Shown here: positions 9,419 through 19,812 of the stretch, one piece after another
How the letters are laid out: every line of letters begins with the position of its first letter
How positions within the stretch are numbered: position 1 is the first letter of the stretch
Source of the DNA: a virus
Reading direction: 5' to 3' (one strand)
IMG/VR virus record: IMGVR_UViG_3300035041_000009
Span: 1 to 52,637 of that record
DNA length: 52,637 nt
Translations under genes and position numbers: made by a program
The notes under the pieces: model-generated
Database searches by the model: none
Told to the model about the DNA's origin: nothing
Seen by the model: only the letters and a program-made list of their open reading frames with translations

Positions 9419-9880
9419 ATGGATTGGATAGAAACACTCTGGACAGATAGATCGGCAGACCAGTGGGTAGGCGACAGCGGGGCGGTAACGGTTCCGCTGT
9501 CTGCTTATGCGCAAGCTGTTGATTTGGCTGACGTATTTTATGACTACATGGTAATGGCTGAGACAGCAAAGGCAACCGCAACAATGCCGGAGCATACCAC
9601 GTCAATCAGCTATACCATGTACCCACAGCCTTTCATTTTGCCCACGCGAGTTATGCAGCCGAACTACGCAGGCCCGCTATTGCGCGAGTACGCCATCCTT
9701 CAATCAGGCGTGACGCGCTCCATAATTTTGCAAACAATCGCGGAGGATTCAGCTAAGAGTGTAATCCTTGAAACTCCCGTAAATATATACCTGTTCGCGC
9801 AAACTCCCGTAAATACAAAACTAACGGCACAAACACCCGTTGACGCATACGGTTTAGCATCGGAGGTATCGAATGATTAA
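9419..9880 (+). CDS. Hypothetical structural protein
   Basis: Track ORF in the operon. C-terminal short QTPVN/QTPVD repeats. Confidence 0.6.
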   Translation: MDWIETLWTDRSADQWVGDSGAVTVPLSAYAQAVDLADVFYDYMVMAETAKATATMPEHTTSISYTMYPQPFILPTRVMQPNYAGPLLREYAILQSGVTRSIILQTIAEDSAKSVILETPVNIYLFAQTPVNTKLTAQTPVDAYGLASEVSND

Positions 9881-10178
9881 CAGCAACAAGATATATGTGG
9901 GCGATGTTGGCCTGGCAGTGATCTGCAACATTGGCGTGCAGACGACCTACGCAGAAAACATCGAGCTAAAGGTGCGCAAGCCGGACGGAACGGAAGTTAT
10001 CTGGGGCCCTGGTGAGCCGCACGAGGTTGACGGTGTGCCGAACTACGTGCGGTACATCACCAAAGAAGGCGACCTGGACCAACGAGGGCGCTACAAGATC
10101 CAGCCCAAGCTTAAACTGTCCGGCTGGGAAGGATACGGAGAGACCGACGATATCCGCGTAGACGGGAGGTATAGATAA
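9873..10178 (+). CDS. Small beta-rich structural protein (Ig-like suspected)
   Basis: ATG follows GGAGG and overlaps the upstream gene by 8 nt. Confidence 0.65.
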   Translation: MINSNKIYVGDVGLAVICNIGVQTTYAENIELKVRKPDGTEVIWGPGEPHEVDGVPNYVRYITKEGDLDQRGRYKIQPKLKLSGWEGYGETDDIRVDGRYR

Positions 10179-11975
10179 ATGGCGCAGGTTTATGTAAGCA
10201 GCACACGGTTTACCGATGAAACAGATCAGACGGATAAGTACGTCTACGGACGGCGATTAAAGATTGATTGCGGCGTGGATGGGATATTCTACACCCATGT
10301 GACCGACAGCAGCTATCTGAACGGCGTAGCCACGGTAACGGTGAACGATCCGGTAATAACTGCCAACCTCATAGCAGTGCAGGTCGGCGTTGTTTCATCC
10401 GGGAGTAAGGGCACTATCCCTCTCCATTCTCACGACAGCGACGAGCAGGGCGGACAGGCGAGCGCAGAAGCGATTAAGACACAATACGAATCCAATGCAA
10501 ATACCAACGCCTATACGGACGCCGAAAAGAGCAAGCTGGCAACGGTGGAGGACAGAGCCAACCACACAGGCACGCAACTGTCTTCTACCATCTCCGACTT
10601 CGACACCGCGGTACAAGCTGCCGAAACCGTAACCAGCCTATCCCTCACAACCAATACCCTCACATACGTGGATGAAAACGGCACATCCCACGACATAGAC
10701 CTCAGCTTGTACCTTGATGATACCAACCTCGCAAGGCTTACATCGGGAACACTGGATGGGGCTACAGGGATCGCAACCTTCACGCGTGACGATGCTTCAA
10801 CCTTCACCGTGGATTTTTCTGCGTTATTGGACGATACCCAGGTAACGGTTGAGGACAATCTTACCAGTACATCGGCGGACAATGCCCTCTCTGCCAACCA
10901 GGGCCGCGTTTTAAACAATCAACACATAGCCCTGCGCGAATCGGTGGCTGAACTCGACATCAACCCCATAATTTACGACGATTTCGGTGATGCTAACTGC
11001 ATGGTGCGCGTGCCGAAATTTAAGCTGGAAGATATCGACGCCTCACTCGGCACGGGTATTCATCCTGCGTTCATCGTAAATGGGGTAGAAAAAGACGCTA
11101 TCTATTACGGGCAGTATCCAGCGAGCGTAAAGGGCAGCAATTACGTATCTGTGCCCAACGCCGATCCTGCCAATACTATAAACTTCGATGAAGCTCTGGC
11201 AGCGTGCGCGGCAAAGGGGGCAGGCTGGCACCTATCCACCAACGCTGAATGGTCTGCGCTGGCTTTATGGGCGTGGAAGAACGGCACTATGCCACATGGA
11301 AACAACGACTATGGGCGCGATATCGACTATAAGCACGAAACGGGGAGGCTTACTGATCCCGCTGCGATTCTCGGCGATAGCGGCACAGCGCGTACCGCCA
11401 CCGGCACCGGCCCTGCTACATGGGCGCACGACCACACTATGCACGGCGTACACGACATGAACGGTAATGTGTGGGAGTTGCAAGGGGGTATGCGCATCGT
11501 CGACGGAGAGATTCAGATACTTGCCGACAACAATGCAGCCGACAGCACGAAAGACCAGAGCGCGACTAGCAGCGAATGGAAAGCGATTTTGCAGGACGGG
11601 TCTCTGGTTACACCGGGTACAGCCGACACCCTGAAATATGACGCTACCGGCGTAAATGGCGGCGGATCGCCGATCTTAAATAACACCGTGACTTCACAAT
11701 CCACGGGAACTGAATACTCATATGCGTACCTTGAGAGCCTGTCCGCCGAAACTGGGGTTTCAGTGCCTGCGCTACTGATCGCGCTGGGTATGTATCCGGT
11801 AGGAACAGGGCTCGGAGGTGACATAATATATGTCCGCAACGTGGGAGAGCGTTTCCCGGTCCGCGGCGGCAACTGGTACTTCGGCACGAGTGCCGGGGTG
11901 TTCTTTCTCCGCTTGAATACCGATCGGTCGTATCGGCACAGCGTTCTCGGGTTTCGCCCCGCTCTTGTAATCTGA
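10179..11975 (+). CDS. Tail fibre with a C-terminal FGE-sulfatase/C-type-lectin-fold domain
   Basis: Fibre repeat NAYTDAEKSKLATVE. The C-terminus carries GWHLSTNAEWSALALWA, NGNVWELQGG and RGGNWYFG...VLGFRPA, the SUMF1/FGE-domain signatures. Confidence 0.8.
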   Translation: MAQVYVSSTRFTDETDQTDKYVYGRRLKIDCGVDGIFYTHVTDSSYLNGVATVTVNDPVITANLIAVQVGVVSSGSKGTIPLHSHDSDEQGGQASAEAIKTQYESNANTNAYTDAEKSKLATVEDRANHTGTQLSSTISDFDTAVQAAETVTSLSLTTNTLTYVDENGTSHDIDLSLYLDDTNLARLTSGTLDGATGIATFTRDDASTFTVDFSALLDDTQVTVEDNLTSTSADNALSANQGRVLNNQHIALRESVAELDINPIIYDDFGDANCMVRVPKFKLEDIDASLGTGIHPAFIVNGVEKDAIYYGQYPASVKGSNYVSVPNADPANTINFDEALAACAAKGAGWHLSTNAEWSALALWAWKNGTMPHGNNDYGRDIDYKHETGRLTDPAAILGDSGTARTATGTGPATWAHDHTMHGVHDMNGNVWELQGGMRIVDGEIQILADNNAADSTKDQSATSSEWKAILQDGSLVTPGTADTLKYDATGVNGGGSPILNNTVTSQSTGTEYSYAYLESLSAETGVSVPALLIALGMYPVGTGLGGDIIYVRNVGERFPVRGGNWYFGTSAGVFFLRLNTDRSYRHSVLGFRPALVI

Positions 11976-12027
11976 TTTTCTGGCAATCTGTTGAGCGCCT
12001 GACAAGCAATAAATAGGAGTAAAATAT

Positions 12028-12540
12028 ATGACAAAAACATACATAGCAACAAACAAGCCAGACAAAGTTATGCTGGTTGAAGATGGAGAGATTAGCCACG
12101 CGATAAACCCCAAATGCGAAGAATGGGCAGGATACGAAGCGTATTTGGCAGAAGGAAACCAGCTCATAGAGCCGCAGCCCTCTGAAGCGCATGTATTTAT
12201 GCAGGGCGCGTGGGTGCTGGATGCTCAGCTGCAGGAGCAGTTGCAGACCCGGTACCGGAAGATGTGCGAGGATGCCATAACCCAGCACATCCAGGCTGAG
12301 GTAGAGCGCTACAATGCTGCCAACGATGTAATATTCCGCGATATCCACAGCTGCAAAGCCTATGCAGACGTGCAAAACTACACGCACCAGCCATTTTGCG
12401 CCGCAGTGTGGGCGTGGAACGTGGACGTATGGGAAGCTGCACGGAACATTCTGGCCGATGCAAAGAGCGGCACCAGGGCAACGCCTACGGTGGATGAATT
12501 GCTGGGCGAGTTGCCTATGTTTAGTGAAATACCCGCGTAA
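12028..12540 (+). CDS. Hypothetical protein (possible fibre accessory or chaperone)
   Basis: Good SD (AGGAG). The functional suggestion rests only on its position after the fibre gene. Confidence 0.6.
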   Translation: MTKTYIATNKPDKVMLVEDGEISHAINPKCEEWAGYEAYLAEGNQLIEPQPSEAHVFMQGAWVLDAQLQEQLQTRYRKMCEDAITQHIQAEVERYNAANDVIFRDIHSCKAYADVQNYTHQPFCAAVWAWNVDVWEAARNILADAKSGTRATPTVDELLGELPMFSEIPA

Positions 12541-12585
12541 CAATCGTGCAGATAGACAGTTTTTACACACTTTCGTGAGGGGTAA

Positions 12586-14175
12586 ATGCGCATAGACATA
12601 TCGACATTCAAGGGCACAGCACCGCAAGTGGCTCCGCACCTTCTCCCTGACGGTGGGGCGACGGTAGCCAAGAGCTGCGAACTCGGCTTTGGCGACCTTA
12701 GGCCGATTCATGGGCTAAGCGCGGGAGATACAACCGCCATCGCGGGGGATATAAAAACCCTCTACCGCTATCTGGATAGCTTTTGGTTTACCTGGCTCGC
12801 GGATGTGGACGTGGTGCGCGGGCCTGTAGCGGGCGACACAAGCGGGCGCGTGTACTTTACCGGTGACGGAGTGCCAAAGTTCACCTACGCCTCCGTGGCA
12901 ACGAGTGGGAGTATTTACCCCTCGGTGGATTACACCCTGGGCGTCCCTGCACCCGCAACCGCGGCGACATTAAGTATTGCCGGGGGCACGGCTTCCGACG
13001 ATATAGCGGATCAGCGCGACAGGGTTTATGTATACACATACTCAAACGGCTTCGGGGAAGAGTCCGCACCCTCTCCCGCTTCAAGCATTATCACCGTAAG
13101 TGGTACGCAGACCGTACTTGTGGATAGTCTGGACAACCCTCCTTCCGGCAGTTACGCACCCTTCCAATACAAGAACATCTATCGCACCGACGAGAACGGC
13201 GCCTACCGCTACGTGGCAAGTGTGGACGTAGCAAACTCCTCTTACACAGACGCTATCGACGATGCCGCCCTGGGTGCGGAGCTTTTAACGACTGACTGGA
13301 ATATGCCGCGTGACGACATGCAGGGGCTTACCTTCATGCCCGGTGGTACGCTGGTGGGCTTTTCCGGCAAAACGGTATGCTTCAGCGTGCAGAATCAGCC
13401 CCACGCCTGGCCTGTCGAGGGGGAATACGTGGTGCATGATGATATTGTCGCAATCGGCACTTTCGGTTCATCGGTGTTTGTCGCCACCACATCGTATCCG
13501 GTAGTCCTCACCGGGGCGGACTACTCCAGCATGAGCGTTGAACGCCTGGAGGTATCGCAGGCATGTTTGTATAAGCGCGGCATGGTGGATGCCGGGACCG
13601 CCATTATGTACCCATCCCCCGAAGGCCTAACCCTTGTCGGCACATCTTCGGCACGCGTGCTGACTGAGGGGACGGTGGATCGTGAGCAGTGGAGCGCCTT
13701 AATCGAGGGCTTCCGCTTCGGCGTTTACCACGATGGCAAATATATAGCCTTCACTGATACTGGCGGTTTTATCGTGAGCCTTGCCGACGGGAGTATCATT
13801 GACCACGACATTATGGCTGTAGGTGGGTATCTGCACGAAAAGACCGGCAAACTTTATCTGACCAAAGACAACGACAGCACTGTCTACGAATGGGACGCTG
13901 GCAGTGCGATAGCGTACACATGGCGCAGCAGGGAGTACCAACTACCTCTGCCGGGGAACTTTGGGCTTGTGCAGGTGGTGGCAGAGGCTTACCCGGTAAC
14001 GGTCACGGTTTACGCCGACGGAGAGCAGAAAGCGCAATACAGCGTAGGCTCAGCAAGGGCGCTCAGGCTACCCGGAGGGTTCAGGGCGAGAACGTGGGAA
14101 TTGTCGCTTGAAGGGACAAACCGCGTCCTATCTGCACACCTGGCGCAATCAGCGCAGGAACTTCAACAGGGGTAA
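12586..14175 (+). CDS. Tail/baseplate-like structural protein (529 aa)
   Basis: Large beta-rich ORF in the tail module. Confidence 0.7.
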   Translation: MRIDISTFKGTAPQVAPHLLPDGGATVAKSCELGFGDLRPIHGLSAGDTTAIAGDIKTLYRYLDSFWFTWLADVDVVRGPVAGDTSGRVYFTGDGVPKFTYASVATSGSIYPSVDYTLGVPAPATAATLSIAGGTASDDIADQRDRVYVYTYSNGFGEESAPSPASSIITVSGTQTVLVDSLDNPPSGSYAPFQYKNIYRTDENGAYRYVASVDVANSSYTDAIDDAALGAELLTTDWNMPRDDMQGLTFMPGGTLVGFSGKTVCFSVQNQPHAWPVEGEYVVHDDIVAIGTFGSSVFVATTSYPVVLTGADYSSMSVERLEVSQACLYKRGMVDAGTAIMYPSPEGLTLVGTSSARVLTEGTVDREQWSALIEGFRFGVYHDGKYIAFTDTGGFIVSLADGSIIDHDIMAVGGYLHEKTGKLYLTKDNDSTVYEWDAGSAIAYTWRSREYQLPLPGNFGLVQVVAEAYPVTVTVYADGEQKAQYSVGSARALRLPGGFRARTWELSLEGTNRVLSAHLAQSAQELQQG

Positions 14176-14178
14176 TAT

Positions 14179-16437
14179 ATGGCGTTCAAAAGACCATCCA
14201 TCCCGGCATTATCCGCCAAGACACCGAGCGATATACGCCGGGCGATAACCGCGCTTGTTGACCACTTGACCGGTATGGGCAGGCAGCAGGAGTTAGCGGA
14301 GCAATCCATAAGGAGGATAGCCGGTGACTTGAGCAATGTAGGAGTGTTCCCCGCGCAGCCTGCGCCTACGGGTTTTGTGGTCAACGGCGCATTTAACACA
14401 ATAATCCTGCAATGGGATCAATCGCAGACAAGCGGATTCTCTCACACCGAGATATGGCGCTCTACAACCGACAACCTGGCAGAAGCGTCTTACGTTGGCT
14501 CAACCTCTGCGTTTATCTTCTCCGACACTCCGCCGGATTCCAGGCTGAGCAGGACATATTACTACTGGATCAGGTATGTAAACCAGGGAGGGCAGCCCGG
14601 CCCCTTCAACGATACAGCCGGGACACCTGGAAGCACGGCGGACGATCCGGGTTATGTACTTGAAGTCTTAACCGGGGAAATAACTGAGGGCCAGCTATAT
14701 CAAGACCTTAACACCCGCATTGACAAGATAGAGGTCCACGGTGAAGCTATAAGCGCCCACGATCTTGCTATAAGCGCGAACGAAACAGCGATAAACAACG
14801 AGCAAACGGTAAGGCAAGACGCAGACGATGCATTGGCGCAGGACATAACTACTGTTTCAGCAGTTGCGAACGCTAAAGGCGACATATACCGGCAGGCCAC
14901 CCAGCCGGCAGGCAAGGCGGGTGATCTGTGGTTTGACACAGACGATAACAATAAACCGTATTACCATGATGGTAACGCGTGGGTTGAGGCAAGAGATGGC
15001 GAAATAGCACTAAACGCTGCCGCTATCCAGACAGAGCAGACAGCAAGAGCCGATGCGGACAGCGCATTGTCCTCGGAGATAACAACACTTGCAAGCACGG
15101 TAGACGGGAACACCTCAGCAATCCAGACGGAGCAAACCGCCAGAATTGACGGTGACAATGCTTTGGCGCAGGACATAACCACCCTGCAAACCACGGTAGA
15201 CGGGAACACCACTTCCCTGCAAACCAAGGCTGAAGTGTCTGATCTAAACGCCGTATACGAGGTAAAGACGGACATAAACGGGCGTGTTACCGGCTTCGGC
15301 CTGGTGGCGGATGCAACCTCTACAGAATTTGGCATATACGCCGACAGGTTTTGGGTGGCCGACCCGAGCGACAGCGCGAACGTGAAGATACCGTTTGTAA
15401 TAGATGGCGGGCAGGTGGTTATGGACACCGCGCTGATCCGTGAACTTACCGCAACGAACTTTGTTGGACAGAAAATAGTAGCGGACGAAGTGGTTGCGGG
15501 TGCAATAACGGCAGCGTCCATAGAGACCGGGACAATAACCGCGAGCAAGTATGCAGAAATACGCAACTCTTTAGTTTACAATGGCTCCGAATCACTGGAT
15601 TCTTCATACCCGCTGGAAGTACCATTTATGATTTTGAGCGAGACAATCGCGATAAAAGCGGTGCGCCTCTCTTTCCAAATTATGCCATATCGCGCGTATT
15701 CAAAGGCGGCGTCTAGCGGGGGCGGCTTTTCTGATGCCGATACATCTACGCCGAATGCTGGCATAAGCCACATGCACTGTGTCACATTCCCTGCAGGAAC
15801 GAACGAACATAATGATAACAACGCAGTGTATTACGATGCTGCCAACAACAGGCTTTGCTCCGCTGCAGTCCCGTCATACCCCCAGGAATACATCGAGTTC
15901 GAGACAGAAGAGGGGCACATCCATAAGCTGCCTGTTTACAACGATGCCGCGCCCGGTGACGTCAACAAGCATATCAAGATAGAAGGCGGAAAGATTACCG
16001 TAGGAAGTGCAGGGGGCGGGTATATAGAAACAACATCAACAGATAACCATGCGCATCACATACCCGTGGATTACAGCTCAGGGAATGTACTTTACCTTTA
16101 CTATTACGGCGGTTCATTCAAGGTGAACTCGGAGACGAGAACCTTGTGTACCCTACCAACGGCAGACCAACACACCCATTCCGTCTCTATCAGCGCACCC
16201 GATCACACCCACGGTATAGATTATGGGATTTTTGAAGAAAACAACAGCCCGACAATCAGCGTATATACAGACAACGGTGGCGGATACTCTCTCTATGGGT
16301 CGTATTCGTCCGACCAGATCAACAAGATTTTAACCACGCGGTTTTCCGGTACGGGTTGGAAGGGTATAAGGTTCAACGCTTCGCAAAGGTGCCGCATTTC
16401 CTACGTGCTTGAATGCAAGCTAGATATAACCGCATAA
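14179..16437 (+). CDS. Host-specificity/tail-spike protein (FN3-like domain, coiled-coil repeats, HxH-rich C-terminal needle)
   Basis: FN3-like PTGFVVNGAFNTIILQWD...YYYWIRYVN. J-like VTGFGLVADATSTEFGIYADRFWV. Five HxH motifs lie in the C-terminus. Confidence 0.8.
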   Translation: MAFKRPSIPALSAKTPSDIRRAITALVDHLTGMGRQQELAEQSIRRIAGDLSNVGVFPAQPAPTGFVVNGAFNTIILQWDQSQTSGFSHTEIWRSTTDNLAEASYVGSTSAFIFSDTPPDSRLSRTYYYWIRYVNQGGQPGPFNDTAGTPGSTADDPGYVLEVLTGEITEGQLYQDLNTRIDKIEVHGEAISAHDLAISANETAINNEQTVRQDADDALAQDITTVSAVANAKGDIYRQATQPAGKAGDLWFDTDDNNKPYYHDGNAWVEARDGEIALNAAAIQTEQTARADADSALSSEITTLASTVDGNTSAIQTEQTARIDGDNALAQDITTLQTTVDGNTTSLQTKAEVSDLNAVYEVKTDINGRVTGFGLVADATSTEFGIYADRFWVADPSDSANVKIPFVIDGGQVVMDTALIRELTATNFVGQKIVADEVVAGAITAASIETGTITASKYAEIRNSLVYNGSESLDSSYPLEVPFMILSETIAIKAVRLSFQIMPYRAYSKAASSGGGFSDADTSTPNAGISHMHCVTFPAGTNEHNDNNAVYYDAANNRLCSAAVPSYPQEYIEFETEEGHIHKLPVYNDAAPGDVNKHIKIEGGKITVGSAGGGYIETTSTDNHAHHIPVDYSSGNVLYLYYYGGSFKVNSETRTLCTLPTADQHTHSVSISAPDHTHGIDYGIFEENNSPTISVYTDNGGGYSLYGSYSSDQINKILTTRFSGTGWKGIRFNASQRCRISYVLECKLDITA
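15022..15213 (+). repeat. Tandem 2 x 96-nt in-frame repeat inside the tail-spike gene
   Basis: AIQTEQTARADADSALSSEITTLASTVDGNTS is followed by AIQTEQTARIDGDNALAQDITTLQTTVDGNTT. A more diverged copy lies near 14790-14880. Confidence 0.8.
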
Positions 16438-16510
16438 TCAACCACTTACCTTGTAAAACTTCCGTATTTACGGTATATTGTAAGAAATAAACACAGGACA
16501 CCTTTAAGGC

Positions 16511-16553
16511 CCTGCTGTGCTTTATCCTTCGGGACTGCATAGCAGGTTTTTTT
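16511..16553 (+). terminator. Rho-independent terminator after the tail genes
   Basis: CCTGCTGTGC (16511-16520) pairs with GCATAGCAGG (16537-16546), followed by T7. Confidence 0.75.
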
Positions 16554-16565
16554 ATTAGGAGCAAC

Positions 16566-16949
16566 ATGCGCAGCGTAAACCTGAGACAAGATTGGGAGTT
16601 TATCCGCAAAGGCTTAGAGCAGATTCAAGCCAAAAGCGCCGCCCTGGATTGGATACCCGAAGATTACTACATGCTTTTGAAGCAAAGGGTAATGGATGGG
16701 TATATCTGGGAAGGAACGGGGTTTATCCTCTTTCGGGACGTGGACAACCCATTCACGCAGGAGCGCGGCATATTCGTCATGGCGGCGTGGAGCCCTGACA
16801 CAAAGAACTCACACCGCGCGTGGAAAGAGTTTGAACAACAGGCGCAAGGTTGCGCATACAAGTTTATAGAAATGGACAGCACAAGGAGCGGATGGGAACG
16901 CCATAGCGATTGGCGCCCTGTCCGCACCGTATACAGAAAGGAGCTTTAG
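16566..16949 (+). CDS. Hypothetical protein
   Basis: ATG follows AGGAG. First gene after the terminator. Confidence 0.65.
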   Translation: MRSVNLRQDWEFIRKGLEQIQAKSAALDWIPEDYYMLLKQRVMDGYIWEGTGFILFRDVDNPFTQERGIFVMAAWSPDTKNSHRAWKEFEQQAQGCAYKFIEMDSTRSGWERHSDWRPVRTVYRKEL

Positions 16950-16951
16950 CC

Positions 16952-17536
16952 ATGGGCGGAGGCGGCGGAGACGACGTAGATCCGAAGGAAAGCGCACAGG
17001 AGCGCGAACTTGCAGCAATCAGCAAAGAACAGATGGATAGATGGTGGAACCAGGGGCGACCGGCGCAGATGCAGTGGATTGAGGACGGTCTTGTAGATGA
17101 AAACGACCGCAGCCTTATGGGTGACGCTGTAGGTGCCAAGGTGCATCAGCAGGCACAGCAGCAGAGAACCGCCCTGGGGCAACAGCAGAGAAGCCGGGGG
17201 ATTTCCCCCACGTCAGGCAACGCCACAATGGGGCGCGCAGCCCTTGAGGACGAGGTAACCGGAAGGATTGGTGGACGCGCCCAGGCAACGGGGCAGCACT
17301 CGATGACAAACAAAAACCTTGGGCATTTGATGAACGCCACATCGGTACTGCGCGGTGAAGGTGTAGACGCGCAACAGGGACTATCAGACCTGGCCGACGC
17401 TGCGACCAGGGACAGTATCCACGATGCTAACATGAATCTCTACGATAACCAGACCGAAGGTCAGGAGATCGGTGCGGTTGCCGGAGCAGGACTTCGAGGG
17501 CTTGAATCCTGGTATGGCAACAGGAATACGGGTTAG
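16952..17536 (+). CDS. Hypothetical internal-virion-module protein
   Basis: ATG 16952 follows AAGGAG. Q/G-rich. Confidence 0.6.
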   Translation: MGGGGGDDVDPKESAQERELAAISKEQMDRWWNQGRPAQMQWIEDGLVDENDRSLMGDAVGAKVHQQAQQQRTALGQQQRSRGISPTSGNATMGRAALEDEVTGRIGGRAQATGQHSMTNKNLGHLMNATSVLRGEGVDAQQGLSDLADAATRDSIHDANMNLYDNQTEGQEIGAVAGAGLRGLESWYGNRNTG

Positions 17537-17546
17537 GCGGTGACTT

Positions 17547-18113
17547 ATGAGTATTTGGGATAATTTTTACGGTGGCCTTTTGTCACCTGACATTCCGCAA
17601 TCAACATCCAGCCCCACGACCGTCAATATAGGCGGATCGGCAGACATTAGTGAAAGTATGCGTGAGGCTGCAGAGGCCGGGCGTAACTTCACACCAGGGA
17701 GGACTTCCGCAGCGACGGGGTACGCGGAAAGCTCGGACGCAACCGACACCCTGGCGCAGCTCACCCGCGACCAGTGGGAGTACTACAAGCAGGTAGGCGT
17801 TCCCCTTGAGGATGCGCTTTACAGTTCGTACCGGAATAAAGGCCTTTGGAACGAAGAAGTGCAAACCGCCGGTGACGCTTCCGACGCGCAATATCGCAAC
17901 GCCATGAGCAATATCCAGCGCGAACAGGGGCGCTACGGTGTGAATATGTCCAACCGCCAGACCGACGCAATCGAGCGCAGGCTAGGGCTATCGGCAGCGG
18001 CGGCAAAGGTAGCCAACCGCAACGACGCGCGCAAGATGATGCAGGAAACCGACAACGCAACCATGACGGGCGGATCAACGCAGTCTGTAACGCTTAAATC
18101 ACTAATGGAGTAG
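17547..18113 (+). CDS. Hypothetical internal-virion-module protein
   Basis: Track ORF in the operon. Confidence 0.6.
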   Translation: MSIWDNFYGGLLSPDIPQSTSSPTTVNIGGSADISESMREAAEAGRNFTPGRTSAATGYAESSDATDTLAQLTRDQWEYYKQVGVPLEDALYSSYRNKGLWNEEVQTAGDASDAQYRNAMSNIQREQGRYGVNMSNRQTDAIERRLGLSAAAAKVANRNDARKMMQETDNATMTGGSTQSVTLKSLME

Positions 18114-18117
18114 AGAT

Positions 18118-18390
18118 ATGTCACGAGGACTTCTGGGCTTAGGCCAAAGCTATCAGGATATGGGGAAAAGTGGATTGCAGAAATCCTCAAACCTTGAGCG
18201 CGAGCGCGAACAGCGCGCGGAGATGAACGAAAAGCAGGAGGAAGCGGCGGAGAAGCAAGCCAAGGGCTCGGCGGCCGGGCTAGGGGCTGCGGCGGGGGCC
18301 TCCATGGGCGCGTCCTATGGTTCATGGGGCGGACCTATCGGCATGGTAATGGGCGCAGCAATCGGCTACGCAGCATCGAGCTTGTTTTAA
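18118..18390 (+). CDS. Small protein with a C-terminal glycine-zipper membrane segment
   Basis: GSAAGLGAAAGASMGASYGSWGGPIGMVMGAAIGYAASSLF. Confidence 0.65.
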   Translation: MSRGLLGLGQSYQDMGKSGLQKSSNLEREREQRAEMNEKQEEAAEKQAKGSAAGLGAAAGASMGASYGSWGGPIGMVMGAAIGYAASSLF

Positions 18391-18399
18391 GGGGGATAT

Positions 18400-19812
18400 A
18401 TGAGCAGTCAGGGTTTTGTCGGCGGTCTTATGCAAGGCTACGACTTTATGGACGATAGATACAACCGCAAAGCACAGAACGAACGCCTTGCGCGTCAGGA
18501 GGACAGGCAGGACAAGCGCCTGGGGATGCAGGAGGAAGCGCACGAGATAGAAAAAATGCAGCGGGAACGTGCGGACGAAGCGCGGAAGATTCAGGCGGTT
18601 CAATACAAGATGCAGAATCAAGTCCCCCTTTCTGAAGATGAGCAGAAGATTGTAGACCGCTATGCCGGTGACGAACGCACGCAGCGGTTTATGCAGAAGG
18701 TGGAGAAAGACCCGCGCAAGGTGTACAGCGCTGCCGATTCCATCCTGCGGGGCGTCAAGGGTGAAGCGAGCAAGACCGATGTTATCAACGCGAGTAACTA
18801 CCTGTTCGACAGCTGGATCGGTCAAGGGGATGGGAAAAACAAGCGCATATCGGACTTAAAACCCATAGACGGGAAGATATACGCAGAGCTGGAATACGAC
18901 GACGAGGAAACGGGAGAACGCGTGACCGGGGCCCCGCTTACCTACCGACGCAAAAAGAGTGACAGCGTTGTGCGTGATCTTGAAGTGGGTAGAGCGGCGG
19001 AAGCGGCTCAGATGATGAAAGCCCTTGCAGCAGAGCGTATCCGCCTGGGCGACACCGGACCGCTAGAACAGCAGGCGAAGCAACAGCAGGCGCAGCGTGA
19101 ATTGGGGCTTAAACTCTTTGAGCGCGGGCTTGACCGTGAAGATATGGCGATTGAGCACGGGTACGACATGGAGAAGGCGCGCTACGAGGGCAATGTGGAG
19201 TTGCAGAAAGAAGCCGTGAAGAAGGCAGAGCAGGCCCTTGGAGAAATGCAGGGGTATATCGACCAATTATTTGAAGAGCCTGTTCTTGACGAAGAAGGCA
19301 ACCAGATCATGCAGGTGGATATGCAAGGCAACGAAGTTCCGGTTACCCGCACCAACCTGGCAGACAAGGCAGAGTTTGTCGTTTTTACGCTACAACGAGG
19401 GCACCGTAATTGGGACGACTCTTACCGTGAGTTTGTGCAGGTAAAACGACAGCAGGCGCAGCAACGGCAGGCAGAGCTGCGCGCACAACAGGTCCAAGAG
19501 CAGGCGCAGAAGAAGGTCGCGAACACTGAACAGCTAATCCAGGGCGGAGATGTGCAGGCGGCAAAAGAGGTGCTTGCAGAGTACCAAAACCAGACCCCTA
19601 AGGTTTACCAATTCATTATGGAGAACCTCTCCGAAGAAAGCCGCAAGGCGCTTCAACAGCCGGCACAGCAACAGCCTGAAAAAGAGTACACCCTGGGCAA
19701 AGGCTTACAGGACGCAAAGACCAACCTTGGGCGAGTGGGGCAAAAAGCAGCCGGAAAAGCAACCGGGCTTAGCGATTGGGTGGACAGCCTAAACTTTAAT
19801 TGGAAGAAATAA
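18400..19812 (+). CDS. Q/E/K-rich coiled-coil protein (470 aa), probably an internal virion protein
   Basis: Track ORF. SD is GGGGGA. Composition and position support the call. Confidence 0.65.
   Translation: MSSQGFVGGLMQGYDFMDDRYNRKAQNERLARQEDRQDKRLGMQEEAHEIEKMQRERADEARKIQAVQYKMQNQVPLSEDEQKIVDRYAGDERTQRFMQKVEKDPRKVYSAADSILRGVKGEASKTDVINASNYLFDSWIGQGDGKNKRISDLKPIDGKIYAELEYDDEETGERVTGAPLTYRRKKSDSVVRDLEVGRAAEAAQMMKALAAERIRLGDTGPLEQQAKQQQAQRELGLKLFERGLDREDMAIEHGYDMEKARYEGNVELQKEAVKKAEQALGEMQGYIDQLFEEPVLDEEGNQIMQVDMQGNEVPVTRTNLADKAEFVVFTLQRGHRNWDDSYREFVQVKRQQAQQRQAELRAQQVQEQAQKKVANTEQLIQGGDVQAAKEVLAEYQNQTPKVYQFIMENLSEESRKALQQPAQQQPEKEYTLGKGLQDAKTNLGRVGQKAAGKATGLSDWVDSLNFNWKK

Noticed and set aside
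14790-15213. Repeats in the tail-spike gene could be a diversity-generating retroelement template/variable-region pair.
   Set aside because: The copies are adjacent, in-frame coiled-coil repeats. No reverse transcriptase is encoded anywhere, and there is no adenine-specific mismatch pattern.
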